A stretch of 64,000 nucleotides of DNA, taken from Escherichia coli (GTDB lineage Bacteria > Pseudomonadota > Gammaproteobacteria > Enterobacterales > Enterobacteriaceae). The stretch lies in NCBI RefSeq assembly GCF_003334335.1, contig NZ_QOWQ01000004.1. One strand, written 5' to 3'. The translations under genes and the position numbers were made by a program. The notes beneath the pieces were generated by a model. That model ran no database searches, was not told the origin of the DNA, and saw nothing but the letters and a program-made list of their open reading frames with translations. Positions 44,392 to 56,578 of this stretch are shown in pieces (the first letter of the stretch is position 1; each line of letters begins with the position of its first letter).

Positions 44392-45766
44392 GCGGCATCC
44401 CCAGTACGCGGATTAACTCTTCAAAGGTGGTTAAGCCTTGCTCTACGGCCAGGCAGCCGTTTTCAAAAAGCGTACGCATACCCGCCTGTCGTGCGTGCGT
44501 TTCCAGCGATTCAACGTCGGTATTAGCGGAAATAAGCTGACGAATGACCGGCGTTATGGGCAGAACTTCAAATAAGGCCGTACGACCATAAAAACCGTGG
44601 TAGCAATGTACACAACCGGGTGCCTGCCAGTGGGGCAGCGGCGATGGCCATACATTGTCTGGAATGTGGATGGGCTCCCCTTGCTGCCGGCGACAATGTG
44701 GGCAAAGTTTGCGTACCAGACGCTGGGCTATTACCAGCGTAAGCGCCGATGATAGCATCCAGCGGGCGACCCCCATTTGCTGTAAACGTACCAGCGTTTC
44801 GCAGGTGGAATTAGTGTGTAGGGTAGACAACACCAGGTGACCAGTTTGCGCCGCTTTAATAGCGATCTCTGCTGTTTCGCCATCGCGGATCTCTCCGATC
44901 ATGATGACGTCAGGATCCTGGCGCAATAACGCACGCAAAACGCCCTGAAAGGTGAGTCCGGCACGCGGATGGATTTGCGTCTGGTTTAGTCCGGCTATGG
45001 GGATCTCAACTGGATCTTCGACGCTACAAATATTAATGTCAGCGGTATTCAGCTTTTGCAGGGCACTATAAAGCGTGACCGTTTTGCCGCTGCCGGTAGG
45101 GCCAGTTACCAGCACCAGTCCCTGTGGTTGTTGCAAGGCATGAGCAAAGTCCGCCAGTTGTAACGGCTGCATTCCAAGCGTGTTGACATCCAGTGCCTGA
45201 CCCACCTGCTGTAACAACCTTAATACCACCTTTTCACCACCCCGACATGGTAAGGTCGCAATACGAAATGAGACGGCGTTTCCTGCCAGTTCGACAGTGA
45301 ATTGCCCGTCCTGCGGCAGGCGATGTTCCGCAATATCCAGGTTTCCCAGCACTTTTAATCTGGCGGTTAATGCGACTCCGGCATCCGGTGAAACATCCGG
45401 TAAAGGATGCAATACGCCGTCGATACGCAAGCGGATGCGGTAGGCATTGTCCGCTGGTTCGATATGAATATCAGACGCGCGTTGTTCCAGCGCAGATTGT
45501 AACGTTCGAGTTAGCAACTCTGCTTTGGGCTGATGCTTCTCCTGAACAGCTACGGGCAATGTCTGTTGTGTGCGACTGGCGTGACCTTCCATTTGTTGGC
45601 GCGTCCAGCAGGTGATCTCAATACGTTTGGTGGTAGCGAAATGCAATGCGTCCAGTAGCTCATGCGAAGGTGCATCGACTACCGCAACATGAACCACCTC
45701 TTCGCTGGCATCCAGCAAGACTCCATGATAACGCAGACACAGGGCAGTGAGCTGTGGAATATTCAT
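44381..45766 (-). CDS. hofB: type IV pilus assembly ATPase (GspE/PilB family)
   Basis: 461-aa ORF; Walker A GPTGSGKT; tetracysteine motif (CPHC...CVHC). Confidence 0.9.
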   Translation of the reverse strand: MNIPQLTALCLRYHGVLLDASEEVVHVAVVDAPSHELLDALHFATTKRIEITCWTRQQMEGHASRTQQTLPVAVQEKHQPKAELLTRTLQSALEQRASDIHIEPADNAYRIRLRIDGVLHPLPDVSPDAGVALTARLKVLGNLDIAEHRLPQDGQFTVELAGNAVSFRIATLPCRGGEKVVLRLLQQVGQALDVNTLGMQPLQLADFAHALQQPQGLVLVTGPTGSGKTVTLYSALQKLNTADINICSVEDPVEIPIAGLNQTQIHPRAGLTFQGVLRALLRQDPDVIMIGEIRDGETAEIAIKAAQTGHLVLSTLHTNSTCETLVRLQQMGVARWMLSSALTLVIAQRLVRKLCPHCRRQQGEPIHIPDNVWPSPLPHWQAPGCVHCYHGFYGRTALFEVLPITPVIRQLISANTDVESLETHARQAGMRTLFENGCLAVEQGLTTFEELIRVLGMPHGE

Positions 45767-45775
45767 TGCCGCTCC

Positions 45776-46216
45776 TTAGTTGGCGTCATCAAAGCGGAAG
45801 ACATCTTCGCAGGCTTGCTGCAATGCGCTGTCACTTTGAATATTGCAGTTGCGCGTCCAGCCGGTGACGCCGTTTGCGTTATCCCAACCCGGTGTCATGA
45901 CGACGCTTAGCCCATTGAGACTTTCTTGCCCGGTCAGCGACACCACGCCCTTTGCCACACTCATGGCTGAAACATAGCGGGTGGTGGTAGGCGAGGGAAT
46001 GCCATTGCTGCCACCGTCGCAGGTATCTAATCCACCATGTTCCAGCGCGCACAACTCTACGGCGGTACGGTAAGGCACAAAGGTTTGTAGCATGTCGGTG
46101 AGTGCGGCTTTGCGCAGGTAGTTTTGATAAGCGGGAATACCAATGGCGCTTAAAATGGCAATGATGCCAATAACCACCATCAGTTCGATAAGTGTAAAAC
46201 CGCGTTGCTTGTCCAT
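45776..46216 (-). CDS. ppdD: type IV prepilin
   Basis: 146-aa ORF; N-terminal MDKQRGFTLIELMVVIGIIAILSAIG class III signal with Gly-Phe cleavage site and Glu+5. Confidence 0.9.
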   Translation of the reverse strand: MDKQRGFTLIELMVVIGIIAILSAIGIPAYQNYLRKAALTDMLQTFVPYRTAVELCALEHGGLDTCDGGSNGIPSPTTTRYVSAMSVAKGVVSLTGQESLNGLSVVMTPGWDNANGVTGWTRNCNIQSDSALQQACEDVFRFDDAN

Positions 46217-46418
46217 CTGTTTCGCTCCTTGATTTGGTTGGCGCTACTTTGGCAAACGCCATCAGCACAGGCGAGGGGCAAAAAACGAAACGGGAAAGCA
46301 GATTCCGAGGTTTTTTATTTCGTTGCAGCGAAAGACAAGAAATTTGCGAGGCGTTACGAAGAAAGTTGGGGAAGGGGAGATTATCCGCCCGCGATGGAGC
46401 GGATAAATCTGTCAACTA

Positions 46419-47372
<954 letters not shown>

Positions 47373-47399
47373 TTAGCACCACATATAAGGAGATCCTGC

Positions 47400-47951
47400 A
47401 TGTTGTTAGAACAGGGGTGGCTGGTTGGCGCGCGCCGCGTTCCCTCACCACATTACGATTGCCGCCCGGATGACGAAACACCCACCCTGCTGGTGGTGCA
47501 CAATATTAGCCTGCCGCCAGGCGAGTTTGGCGGTCCGTGGATCGACGCATTATTCACTGGAACTATTGATCCGCAGGCACATCCTTTCTTTGCTGAGATC
47601 GCCCATTTGCGCGTCTCCGCTCACTGTTTGATTCGCCGTGATGGTGAAATAGTCCAGTATGTTCCTTTCGATAAACGTGCATGGCATGCGGGAGTCTCTC
47701 AGTATCAGGGGCGCGAACGCTGCAATGATTTTTCTATTGGGATTGAGCTTGAAGGCACCGATACGCTGGCGTATACCGATGCGCAGTATCAACAGCTTGC
47801 GGCGGTTACGCGGGCACTGATTGATTGCTATCCGGATATCGCTAAAAACATGACGGGCCATTGTGATATTGCGCCGGATCGGAAAACCGATCCCGGTCCT
47901 GCATTTGATTGGGCACGGTTTCGTGTGCTGGTCAGCAAGGAGACAACATGA
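47400..47951 (+). CDS. ampD: 1,6-anhydro-N-acetylmuramyl-L-alanine amidase
   Basis: 183-aa ORF; amidase_2/PGRP fold. Confidence 0.9.
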
Positions 47952-48802
47952 CGCTATTTACAACCTTACTGGTGTTAATTTTCGAGCGCCTGTTTAAGTT
48001 GGGCGAGCACTGGCAGCTTGATCATCGTCTTGAAGCGTTCTTTCGGCGGGTGAAACATTTTTCTCTCGGGCGCACGTTAGGCATGACCATTATTGCGATG
48101 GGCGTGACTTTTTTACTGTTACGCGCATTGCAGGGAGTATTGTTCAACGTTCCCACGCTACTGGTGTGGCTGCTGATTGGTTTGCTGTGTATTGGCGCAG
48201 GTAAAGTTCGTCTTCATTATCATGCTTATCTGACAGCTGCTTCACGTAATGATAGCCATGCCCGTGCCACGATGGCTGGCGAACTCACCATGATTCACGG
48301 CGTCCCGGCAGGCTGCGACGAACGTGAGTATTTGCGTGAGCTGCAAAATGCATTGCTGTGGATTAACTTTCGTTTTTATCTTGCACCGCTGTTCTGGCTG
48401 ATTGTGGGGGGAACCTGGGGACCCGTTACGCTGATGGGGTATGCGTTTTTGCGTGCATGGCAATACTGGCTGGCGCGATATCAGACGCCGCATCATCGTT
48501 TACAGTCCGGCATTGATGCCGTGCTTCATGTACTGGATTGGGTGCCGGTTCGTCTTGCGGGTGTGGTATATGCCTTGATCGGTCATGGTGAGAAAGCGTT
48601 ACCGGCCTGGTTTGCTTCGCTGGGTGATTTCCATACTTCGCAGTATCAGGTGTTAACGCGTCTGGCGCAGTTCTCTCTGGCGCGTGAACCGCATGTCGAT
48701 AAGGTGGAGACGCCGAAGGCAGCGGTTTCAATGGCGAAGAAAACCTCGTTCGTAGTCGTGGTGGTGATTGCACTACTGACGATTTACGGGGCGTTGGTGT
48801 AA
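47948..48802 (+). CDS. ampE: inner membrane protein AmpE
   Basis: ORF 47909..48802 trimmed to [15 protein letters not shown]; ATGA overlap with ampD. Confidence 0.85.
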
Positions 48803-48809
48803 AGATTAT

Positions 48810-48835
48810 TGCCCTCACCCTGTACGGGTGAGGGC
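48810..48835. terminator. bidirectional hairpin between convergent ampE and aroP
   Basis: GCCCTCACCC-TGTACG-GGTGAGGGC. Confidence 0.5.
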
Positions 48836-48844
48836 GTAGAGAGA

Positions 48845-50218
48845 TTAATGCGCTTTTACGGCTTTGGCGGTTTTCTCTTTAAACAGATAGCCGATACCTA
48901 ACACGATCAGCCATACCGGGATCAGGTATACCGAAATCGCCATTCCTGGGGTCATCAGCATAATCACCAGTACCGCCGCCATAAACAGCAGGCAGATCCA
49001 GTTACCCAGCGGATAAAGCAGAGCAGGGAAGCGAGTTACCACGCCTTGTTCCTGCTTGGCGCGACGGAATTTCATATGCGCCAGGCTAATCATCGCCCAG
49101 TTGATTACCAGTGCAGATACCACCAGCGCCATTAACAGTCCGAAAGCGGACTCTGGGGCAAGGTAGTTAATCAGTACGCACAACGCCGTTACCAGTGCAG
49201 ACACCAGAATGGTATTTACTGGTACACCACGTTTATCGACAGACGCCAGCGCTTTTGGCGCATTACCCTGTTGTGCCAGACCAAACAGCATACGGCTGTT
49301 GCAATATACGCAGCTGTTGTACACGGAGAGCGCCGCAGTCAGTACCACGATGTTCAGCGCATTCGCCACAAAGGTATCGCCTAACTCGTGGAAGATCAGC
49401 ACAAACGGACTGGTATCGGCGGTAACGCGGGTCCACGGCATCAGTGAGAGCAGAACGGCTAACGAACCAATATAGAAAATCAGGATGCGGTAGATAACCT
49501 GGTTAGTTGCTTTCGGTATACTTTGCTCCGGGTTATCAGCTTCTGCTGCGGTGATCCCCACCAGTTCCAGACCACCGAACGAGAACATGATAATCGCCAT
49601 CATCATCACCAGCCCGGTGAAGCCGTGCGGCAGGAAACCACCCTGATCCCACAGGTTGCTAACGGTCGCCTGCGGGCCGCCGTTGCCACTGAATAGCAGC
49701 CAGCCGCCGAAGATGATCATCGCTACCACCGCGATAACTTTGATAATGGCAAACCAGAACTCCATCTCGCCAAACACTTTAACGTTGGTCAGGTTGATGG
49801 CGTTAATCACCACAAAGAATACGGCGGCAGAAACCCAGGTGGGGATTTCCGGATACCAGAACTGAATGTATTTACCCACGGCAGTCAGCTCAGCCATGGC
49901 AACTAAAACGTACAGTACCCAGTAGTTCCAGCCAGAGGCGAAACCGGCAAAACTGCCCCAGTATTTATAAGCAAAGTGGCTAAAGGAGCCTGCGACAGGT
50001 TCTTCGACCACCATTTCACCCAGCTGACGCATGATCAGAAAGGCGATAAAACCAGCAATGGCGTAACCCAGGATAATCCCTGGCCCTGCGGACTGTATTA
50101 CGGAGGCGCTACCCAGGAATAACCCGGTCCCTATCGCGCCACCCAGCGCGATAAGCTGAATATGGCGGTTTTTAAGGCCGCGCTTTAGCTGCTCGCCGTG
50201 CTGTTGACCTTCCATCAT
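48845..50218 (-). CDS. aroP: aromatic amino acid permease (APC family)
   Basis: 457-aa ORF with 12 TM helices. Confidence 0.9.
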   Translation of the reverse strand: MMEGQQHGEQLKRGLKNRHIQLIALGGAIGTGLFLGSASVIQSAGPGIILGYAIAGFIAFLIMRQLGEMVVEEPVAGSFSHFAYKYWGSFAGFASGWNYWVLYVLVAMAELTAVGKYIQFWYPEIPTWVSAAVFFVVINAINLTNVKVFGEMEFWFAIIKVIAVVAMIIFGGWLLFSGNGGPQATVSNLWDQGGFLPHGFTGLVMMMAIIMFSFGGLELVGITAAEADNPEQSIPKATNQVIYRILIFYIGSLAVLLSLMPWTRVTADTSPFVLIFHELGDTFVANALNIVVLTAALSVYNSCVYCNSRMLFGLAQQGNAPKALASVDKRGVPVNTILVSALVTALCVLINYLAPESAFGLLMALVVSALVINWAMISLAHMKFRRAKQEQGVVTRFPALLYPLGNWICLLFMAAVLVIMLMTPGMAISVYLIPVWLIVLGIGYLFKEKTAKAVKAH

Positions 50219-50710
50219 GAAACCTCGTGCGGTGGTTGTTTTTTTGATCTACGCAGTGATGCGTGTGTAAGTTTGCAATTCCGTTTGTTGTATTAATTTG
50301 TTTACATCAAAGAAGTTTGAATTGTTACAAAAAGACTTCCGTCAGATCAAGAATAATGGTATGCGGCAGCGAATGCACCCGCTTTATGCATGGTTGAAGA
50401 TGAGTTGCTTAAAAAGAAACCGTTTGTAAAGCTCAGCCTCAACCCCTCTCAATATGTAGAATGAATTTAAATTCGTTTTAATTGAATTAAAAATCACAAA
50501 ATTGGTAAGTGAATCGGTTCAATTCGGATTTTTATAGTTTAATAATCGTTAAAAAACTCCTTTCCTACGTAAAGTCTACATTTGTGCATAGTTACAACTT
50601 TGAAACGTTATATATGTCAAGTTGTTAAAATGTGCACAGTTTCATGATTTCAATCAAAACCTGTATGGACATAAGGTGAATACTTTGTTACTTTAGCGTC
50701 ACAGACATGA

Positions 50711-50727
50711 AATTGGTAAGACCAATT
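50711..50727 (+). promoter_or_regulatory. PdhR operator-like palindrome
   Basis: AATTGGTAAGACCAATT about 30 bp upstream of the pdhR start; GntR-type inverted repeat. Confidence 0.55.
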
Positions 50728-50758
50728 GACTTCGGCAAGTGGCTTAAGACAGGAACTC

Positions 50759-51523
50759 ATGGCCTACAGCAAAATCCGCCAACCAAAACTCTCCGATGTG
50801 ATTGAGCAGCAACTGGAGTTTTTGATCCTCGAAGGCACTCTCCGCCCGGGCGAAAAACTCCCACCGGAACGCGAACTGGCAAAACAGTTTGACGTCTCCC
50901 GTCCCTCCTTGCGTGAGGCGATTCAACGTCTCGAAGCGAAGGGCTTGTTGCTTCGTCGCCAGGGTGGCGGCACTTTTGTCCAGAGCAGCCTATGGCAAAG
51001 CTTCAGCGATCCGCTGGTGGAGCTGCTCTCCGACCATCCTGAGTCACAGTATGACTTGCTCGAAACACGACACGCCCTGGAAGGTATCGCCGCTTATTAC
51101 GCCGCGCTGCGTAGTACCGATGAAGACAAGGAACGCATCCGTGAACTCCACCACGCCATAGAGCTGGCGCAGCAGTCTGGCGATCTGGACGCGGAATCAA
51201 ACGCCGTACTCCAGTATCAGATTGCCGTCACCGAAGCGGCCCACAATGTGGTTCTGCTTCATCTGCTAAGGTGTATGGAGCCGATGTTGGCCCAGAATGT
51301 CCGCCAGAACTTCGAATTGCTCTATTCGCGTCGCGAGATGCTGCCGCTGGTGAGTAGTCACCGCACCCGCATATTTGAAGCGATTATGGCCGGTAAGCCG
51401 GAAGAAGCGCGCGAAGCATCGCATCGCCATCTGGCCTTTATCGAAGAAATTTTGCTCGACAGAAGTCGTGAAGAGAGCCGCCGTGAGCGTTCTCTGCGTC
51501 GTCTGGAGCAACGAAAGAATTAG
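50759..51523 (+). CDS. pdhR: pyruvate dehydrogenase complex repressor (GntR family)
   Basis: ORF 50726..51523 trimmed to [18 protein letters not shown]; GntR HTH. Confidence 0.9.
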
Positions 51524-51683
51524 TGATTTTTCTGGTAAAAATTATCCAGAAGATGTTGTAAATCAAGCGCATATAAAAGCGCGGCAACTAAACGTAGAAC
51601 CTGTCTTATTGAGCTTTCCGGCGAGAGTTCAATGGGACAGGTTCCAGAAAACTCAACGTTATTAGATAGATAAGGAATAACCC

Positions 51684-54347
51684 ATGTCAGAACGTTTCCC
51701 AAATGACGTGGATCCGATCGAAACTCGCGACTGGCTCCAGGCGATCGAATCGGTCATCCGTGAAGAAGGTGTTGAGCGTGCTCAGTATCTGATCGACCAA
51801 CTGCTTGCTGAAGCCCGCAAAGGCGGTGTAAACGTAGCCGCAGGCACAGGTATCAGCAACTACATCAACACCATCCCCGTTGAAGAACAACCGGAGTATC
51901 CGGGTAATCTGGAACTGGAACGCCGTATTCGTTCAGCTATCCGCTGGAACGCCATCATGACGGTGCTGCGTGCGTCGAAAAAAGACCTCGAACTGGGCGG
52001 CCATATGGCGTCCTTCCAGTCTTCCGCAACCATTTATGATGTGTGCTTTAACCACTTCTTCCGTGCACGCAACGAGCAGGATGGCGGCGACCTGGTTTAC
52101 TTCCAGGGCCACATCTCCCCGGGCGTGTACGCTCGTGCTTTCCTGGAAGGTCGTCTGACTCAGGAGCAGCTGGATAACTTCCGTCAGGAAGTTCACGGCA
52201 ATGGCCTCTCTTCCTATCCGCACCCGAAACTGATGCCGGAATTCTGGCAGTTCCCGACCGTATCTATGGGTCTGGGTCCGATTGGTGCTATTTACCAGGC
52301 TAAATTCCTGAAATATCTGGAACACCGTGGCCTGAAAGATACCTCTAAACAAACCGTTTACGCGTTCCTCGGTGACGGTGAAATGGACGAACCGGAATCC
52401 AAAGGTGCGATCACCATCGCTACCCGTGAAAAACTGGATAACCTGGTCTTCGTTATCAACTGTAACCTGCAGCGTCTTGACGGCCCGGTCACCGGTAACG
52501 GCAAGATCATCAACGAACTGGAAGGCATCTTCGAAGGTGCTGGCTGGAACGTGATCAAAGTGATGTGGGGTAGCCGTTGGGATGAACTGCTGCGTAAGGA
52601 TACCAGCGGTAAACTGATCCAGCTGATGAACGAAACCGTTGACGGCGACTACCAGACCTTCAAATCGAAAGATGGTGCGTACGTTCGTGAACACTTCTTC
52701 GGTAAATATCCTGAAACCGCAGCACTGGTTGCAGACTGGACTGACGAGCAGATCTGGGCACTGAACCGTGGTGGTCACGATCCGAAGAAAATCTACGCTG
52801 CATTCAAGAAAGCGCAGGAAACCAAAGGCAAAGCGACAGTAATCCTTGCTCATACCATTAAAGGTTACGGCATGGGCGACGCGGCTGAAGGTAAAAACAT
52901 CGCGCACCAGGTTAAGAAAATGAACATGGACGGTGTGCGTCATATCCGCGACCGTTTCAATGTGCCGGTGTCTGATGCAGATATCGAAAAACTGCCGTAC
53001 ATCACCTTCCCGGAAGGTTCTGAAGAGCATACCTATCTGCACGCTCAGCGTCAGAAACTGCACGGTTATCTGCCAAGCCGTCAGCCGAACTTCACCGAGA
53101 AGCTTGAGCTGCCGAGCCTGCAAGACTTCGGCGCGCTGTTGGAAGAGCAGAGCAAAGAGATCTCTACCACTATCGCTTTCGTTCGTGCTCTGAACGTGAT
53201 GCTGAAGAACAAGTCGATCAAAGATCGTCTGGTACCGATCATCGCCGACGAAGCGCGTACTTTCGGTATGGAAGGTCTGTTCCGTCAGATTGGTATTTAC
53301 AGCCCGAACGGTCAGCAGTACACCCCGCAGGACCGCGAGCAGGTTGCTTACTATAAAGAAGACGAGAAAGGTCAGATTCTGCAGGAAGGGATCAACGAGC
53401 TGGGCGCAGGTTGTTCCTGGCTGGCAGCGGCGACCTCTTACAGCACCAACAATCTGCCGATGATCCCGTTCTACATCTATTACTCGATGTTCGGCTTCCA
53501 GCGTATTGGCGATCTGTGCTGGGCGGCTGGCGACCAGCAAGCGCGTGGCTTCCTGATCGGCGGTACTTCCGGTCGTACCACCCTGAACGGCGAAGGTCTG
53601 CAGCACGAAGATGGTCACAGCCACATTCAGTCGCTGACTATCCCGAACTGTATCTCTTACGACCCGGCTTACGCTTACGAAGTTGCTGTCATCATGCATG
53701 ACGGTCTGGAGCGTATGTACGGTGAAAAACAAGAGAACGTTTACTACTACATCACTACGCTGAACGAAAACTACCACATGCCGGCAATGCCGGAAGGTGC
53801 TGAGGAAGGTATCCGTAAAGGTATCTACAAACTCGAAACTATTGAAGGTAGCAAAGGTAAAGTTCAGCTGCTCGGCTCCGGTTCTATCCTGCGTCACGTC
53901 CGTGAAGCAGCTGAGATCCTGGCGAAAGATTACGGCGTAGGTTCTGACGTTTATAGCGTGACCTCCTTCACCGAGCTGGCGCGTGATGGTCAGGATTGTG
54001 AACGCTGGAACATGCTGCACCCGCTGGAAACTCCGCGCGTTCCGTATATCGCTCAGGTGATGAACGACGCTCCGGCAGTGGCATCTACCGACTATATGAA
54101 ACTGTTCGCTGAGCAGGTCCGTACTTACGTACCGGCTGACGACTACCGCGTACTGGGTACTGATGGCTTCGGTCGTTCCGACAGCCGTGAGAACCTGCGT
54201 CACCACTTCGAAGTTGATGCTTCTTATGTCGTGGTTGCGGCGCTGGGCGAACTGGCTAAACGTGGCGAAATCGATAAGAAAGTGGTTGCTGACGCAATCG
54301 CCAAATTCAACATCGATGCAGATAAAGTTAACCCGCGTCTGGCGTAA
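51684..54347 (+). CDS. aceE: pyruvate dehydrogenase E1 component
   Basis: 887-aa ORF recognised as AceE. Confidence 0.97.
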
Positions 54348-54361
54348 GAGGTAAAAGAATA

Positions 54362-55310
54362 ATGGCTATCGAAATCAAAGTACCGGACATCGGGGCTGAT
54401 GAAGTTGAAATCACCGAGATCCTGGTCAAAGTGGGCGACAAAGTTGAAGCCGAACAGTCGCTGATCACCGTAGAAGGCGACAAAGCCTCTATGGAAGTTC
54501 CGTCTCCGCAGGCGGGTATCGTTAAAGAGATCAAAGTCTCTGTTGGCGATAAAACCCAGACCGGCGCACTGATTATGATTTTCGATTCCGCCGACGGTGC
54601 AGCAGACGCTGCACCTGCTCAGGCAGAAGAGAAGAAAGAAGCAGCTCCGGCAGCAGCACCAGCGGCTGCGGCGGCAAAAGACGTTAACGTTCCGGATATC
54701 GGCAGCGACGAAGTTGAAGTGACCGAAATCCTGGTGAAAGTTGGCGATAAAGTTGAAGCTGAACAGTCGCTGATCACCGTAGAAGGCGACAAGGCTTCTA
54801 TGGAAGTTCCGGCTCCGTTTGCTGGCACCGTGAAAGAGATCAAAGTGAACGTGGGTGATAAAGTGTCTACCGGCTCGCTGATTATGGTCTTCGAAGTCGC
54901 GGGTGAAGCAGGCGCGGCAGCTCCGGCCGCTAAACAGGAAGCAGCTCCGGCAGCGGCCCCTGCACCAGCGGCTGGCGTGAAAGAAGTTAACGTTCCGGAT
55001 ATCGGCGGTGACGAAGTTGAAGTGACTGAAGTGATGGTGAAAGTGGGCGACAAAGTTGCCGCTGAACAGTCACTGATCACCGTAGAAGGCGACAAAGCTT
55101 CTATGGAAGTTCCGGCGCCGTTTGCAGGCGTCGTGAAGGAACTGAAAGTCAACGTTGGCGATAAAGTGAAAACTGGCTCGCTGATTATGATCTTCGAAGT
55201 TGAAGGCGCAGCGCCTGCGGCAGCTCCTGCGAAACAGGAAGCGGCAGCGCCGGCACCGGCAGCAAAAGCTGAAGCCCCGGCAGCAGCACCAGCTGCGAAA
55301 GCGGAAGGCA
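54362..55310 (+). repeat. threefold tandem coding repeat (lipoyl domains) inside aceF
   Basis: Three copies of about 300 bp each, near-identical at protein level (e.g. [18 protein letters not shown]). Confidence 0.8.
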
Positions 55311-56254
55311 AATCTGAATTTGCTGAAAACGACGCTTATGTTCACGCGACTCCGCTGATCCGCCGTCTGGCACGCGAGTTTGGTGTTAACCTTGCGAAAG
55401 TGAAGGGCACTGGCCGTAAAGGTCGTATCCTGCGCGAAGACGTTCAGGCTTACGTGAAAGAAGCTATCAAACGTGCAGAAGCAGCTCCGGCAGCGACTGG
55501 CGGTGGTATCCCTGGCATGCTGCCGTGGCCGAAGGTGGACTTCAGCAAGTTTGGTGAAATCGAAGAAGTGGAACTGGGCCGCATCCAGAAAATCTCTGGT
55601 GCGAACCTGAGCCGTAACTGGGTAATGATCCCGCATGTTACTCACTTCGACAAAACCGATATCACCGAGTTGGAAGCGTTCCGTAAACAGCAGAACGAAG
55701 AAGCGGCGAAACGTAAGCTGGATGTGAAGATCACCCCGGTTGTCTTCATCATGAAAGCCGTTGCTGCAGCTCTTGAGCAGATGCCTCGCTTCAATAGTTC
55801 GCTGTCGGAAGACGGTCAGCGTCTGACCCTGAAGAAATACATCAACATCGGTGTGGCGGTGGATACCCCGAACGGTCTGGTTGTTCCGGTATTCAAAGAC
55901 GTCAACAAGAAAGGCATCATCGAGCTGTCTCGCGAGCTGATGACTATTTCTAAGAAAGCGCGTGACGGTAAGCTGACTGCGGGCGAAATGCAGGGCGGTT
56001 GCTTCACCATCTCCAGCATCGGCGGCCTGGGTACTACCCACTTCGCGCCGATTGTGAACGCGCCGGAAGTGGCTATCCTCGGCGTTTCCAAGTCCGCGAT
56101 GGAGCCGGTGTGGAATGGTAAAGAGTTCGTGCCGCGTCTGATGCTGCCGATTTCTCTCTCCTTCGACCACCGCGTGATCGACGGTGCTGATGGTGCCCGT
56201 TTCATTACCATCATTAACAACACGCTGTCTGACATTCGCCGTCTGGTGATGTAA
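54362..56254 (+). CDS. aceF: pyruvate dehydrogenase E2 dihydrolipoyllysine acetyltransferase
   Basis: 630-aa ORF; three lipoyl domains ([11 protein letters not shown] x3) with Ala/Pro-rich linkers, E3-binding and catalytic domains. Confidence 0.97.
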
Positions 56255-56261
56255 GTAAAAG

Positions 56262-56287
56262 AGCCGGCCCAACGGCCGGCTTTTTTC
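56262..56287 (+). terminator. intrinsic terminator after aceF
   Basis: GCCGGCCCAACGGCCGGC hairpin followed by TTTTTT. Confidence 0.6.
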
Positions 56288-56578
56288 TGGTAATCTCATG
56301 AATGTATTGAGGTTATTAGCGAATAGACAAATCGGTTGCCGTTTGTTGTTTAAAAATTGTTAACAATTTTGTAAAATACCGACGGATAGAACGACCCGGT
56401 GGTGGTTAGGGTATTACTTCACATACCCTATGGATTTCTGGGTGCAGCAAGGTAGCAAGCGCCAGAATCCCCAGGAGCTTACATAAGTAAGTGACTGGGG
56501 TGAGGGCGTGAAGCTAACGCCGCTGCGGCCTGAAAGACGACGGGTATGACCGCCGGAGATAAATATATAGAGGTCATG

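Noticed and set aside
43189-46216. ppdD-hofB-hofC as a horizontally acquired island
   Set aside because: No flanking direct repeats, integrase or tRNA gene; bordered by housekeeping genes guaC and nadC in what I recall as the conserved core arrangement.
51933-54206. 757-aa minus-strand ORF antisense to aceE
   Set aside because: It is codon-aligned with aceE, so antisense stops would require sense codons TTA, CTA or TCA, which are rare in highly expressed genes. It has no independent start context and low-complexity content; I treat it as a shadow ORF.
55070-56299. 409-aa minus-strand ORF antisense to aceF, and 54619..55311 Ala/Gly/Ser-rich antisense ORF
   Set aside because: Shadow frames of aceF; the low-complexity one mirrors the Ala/Pro linker and lipoyl repeats.
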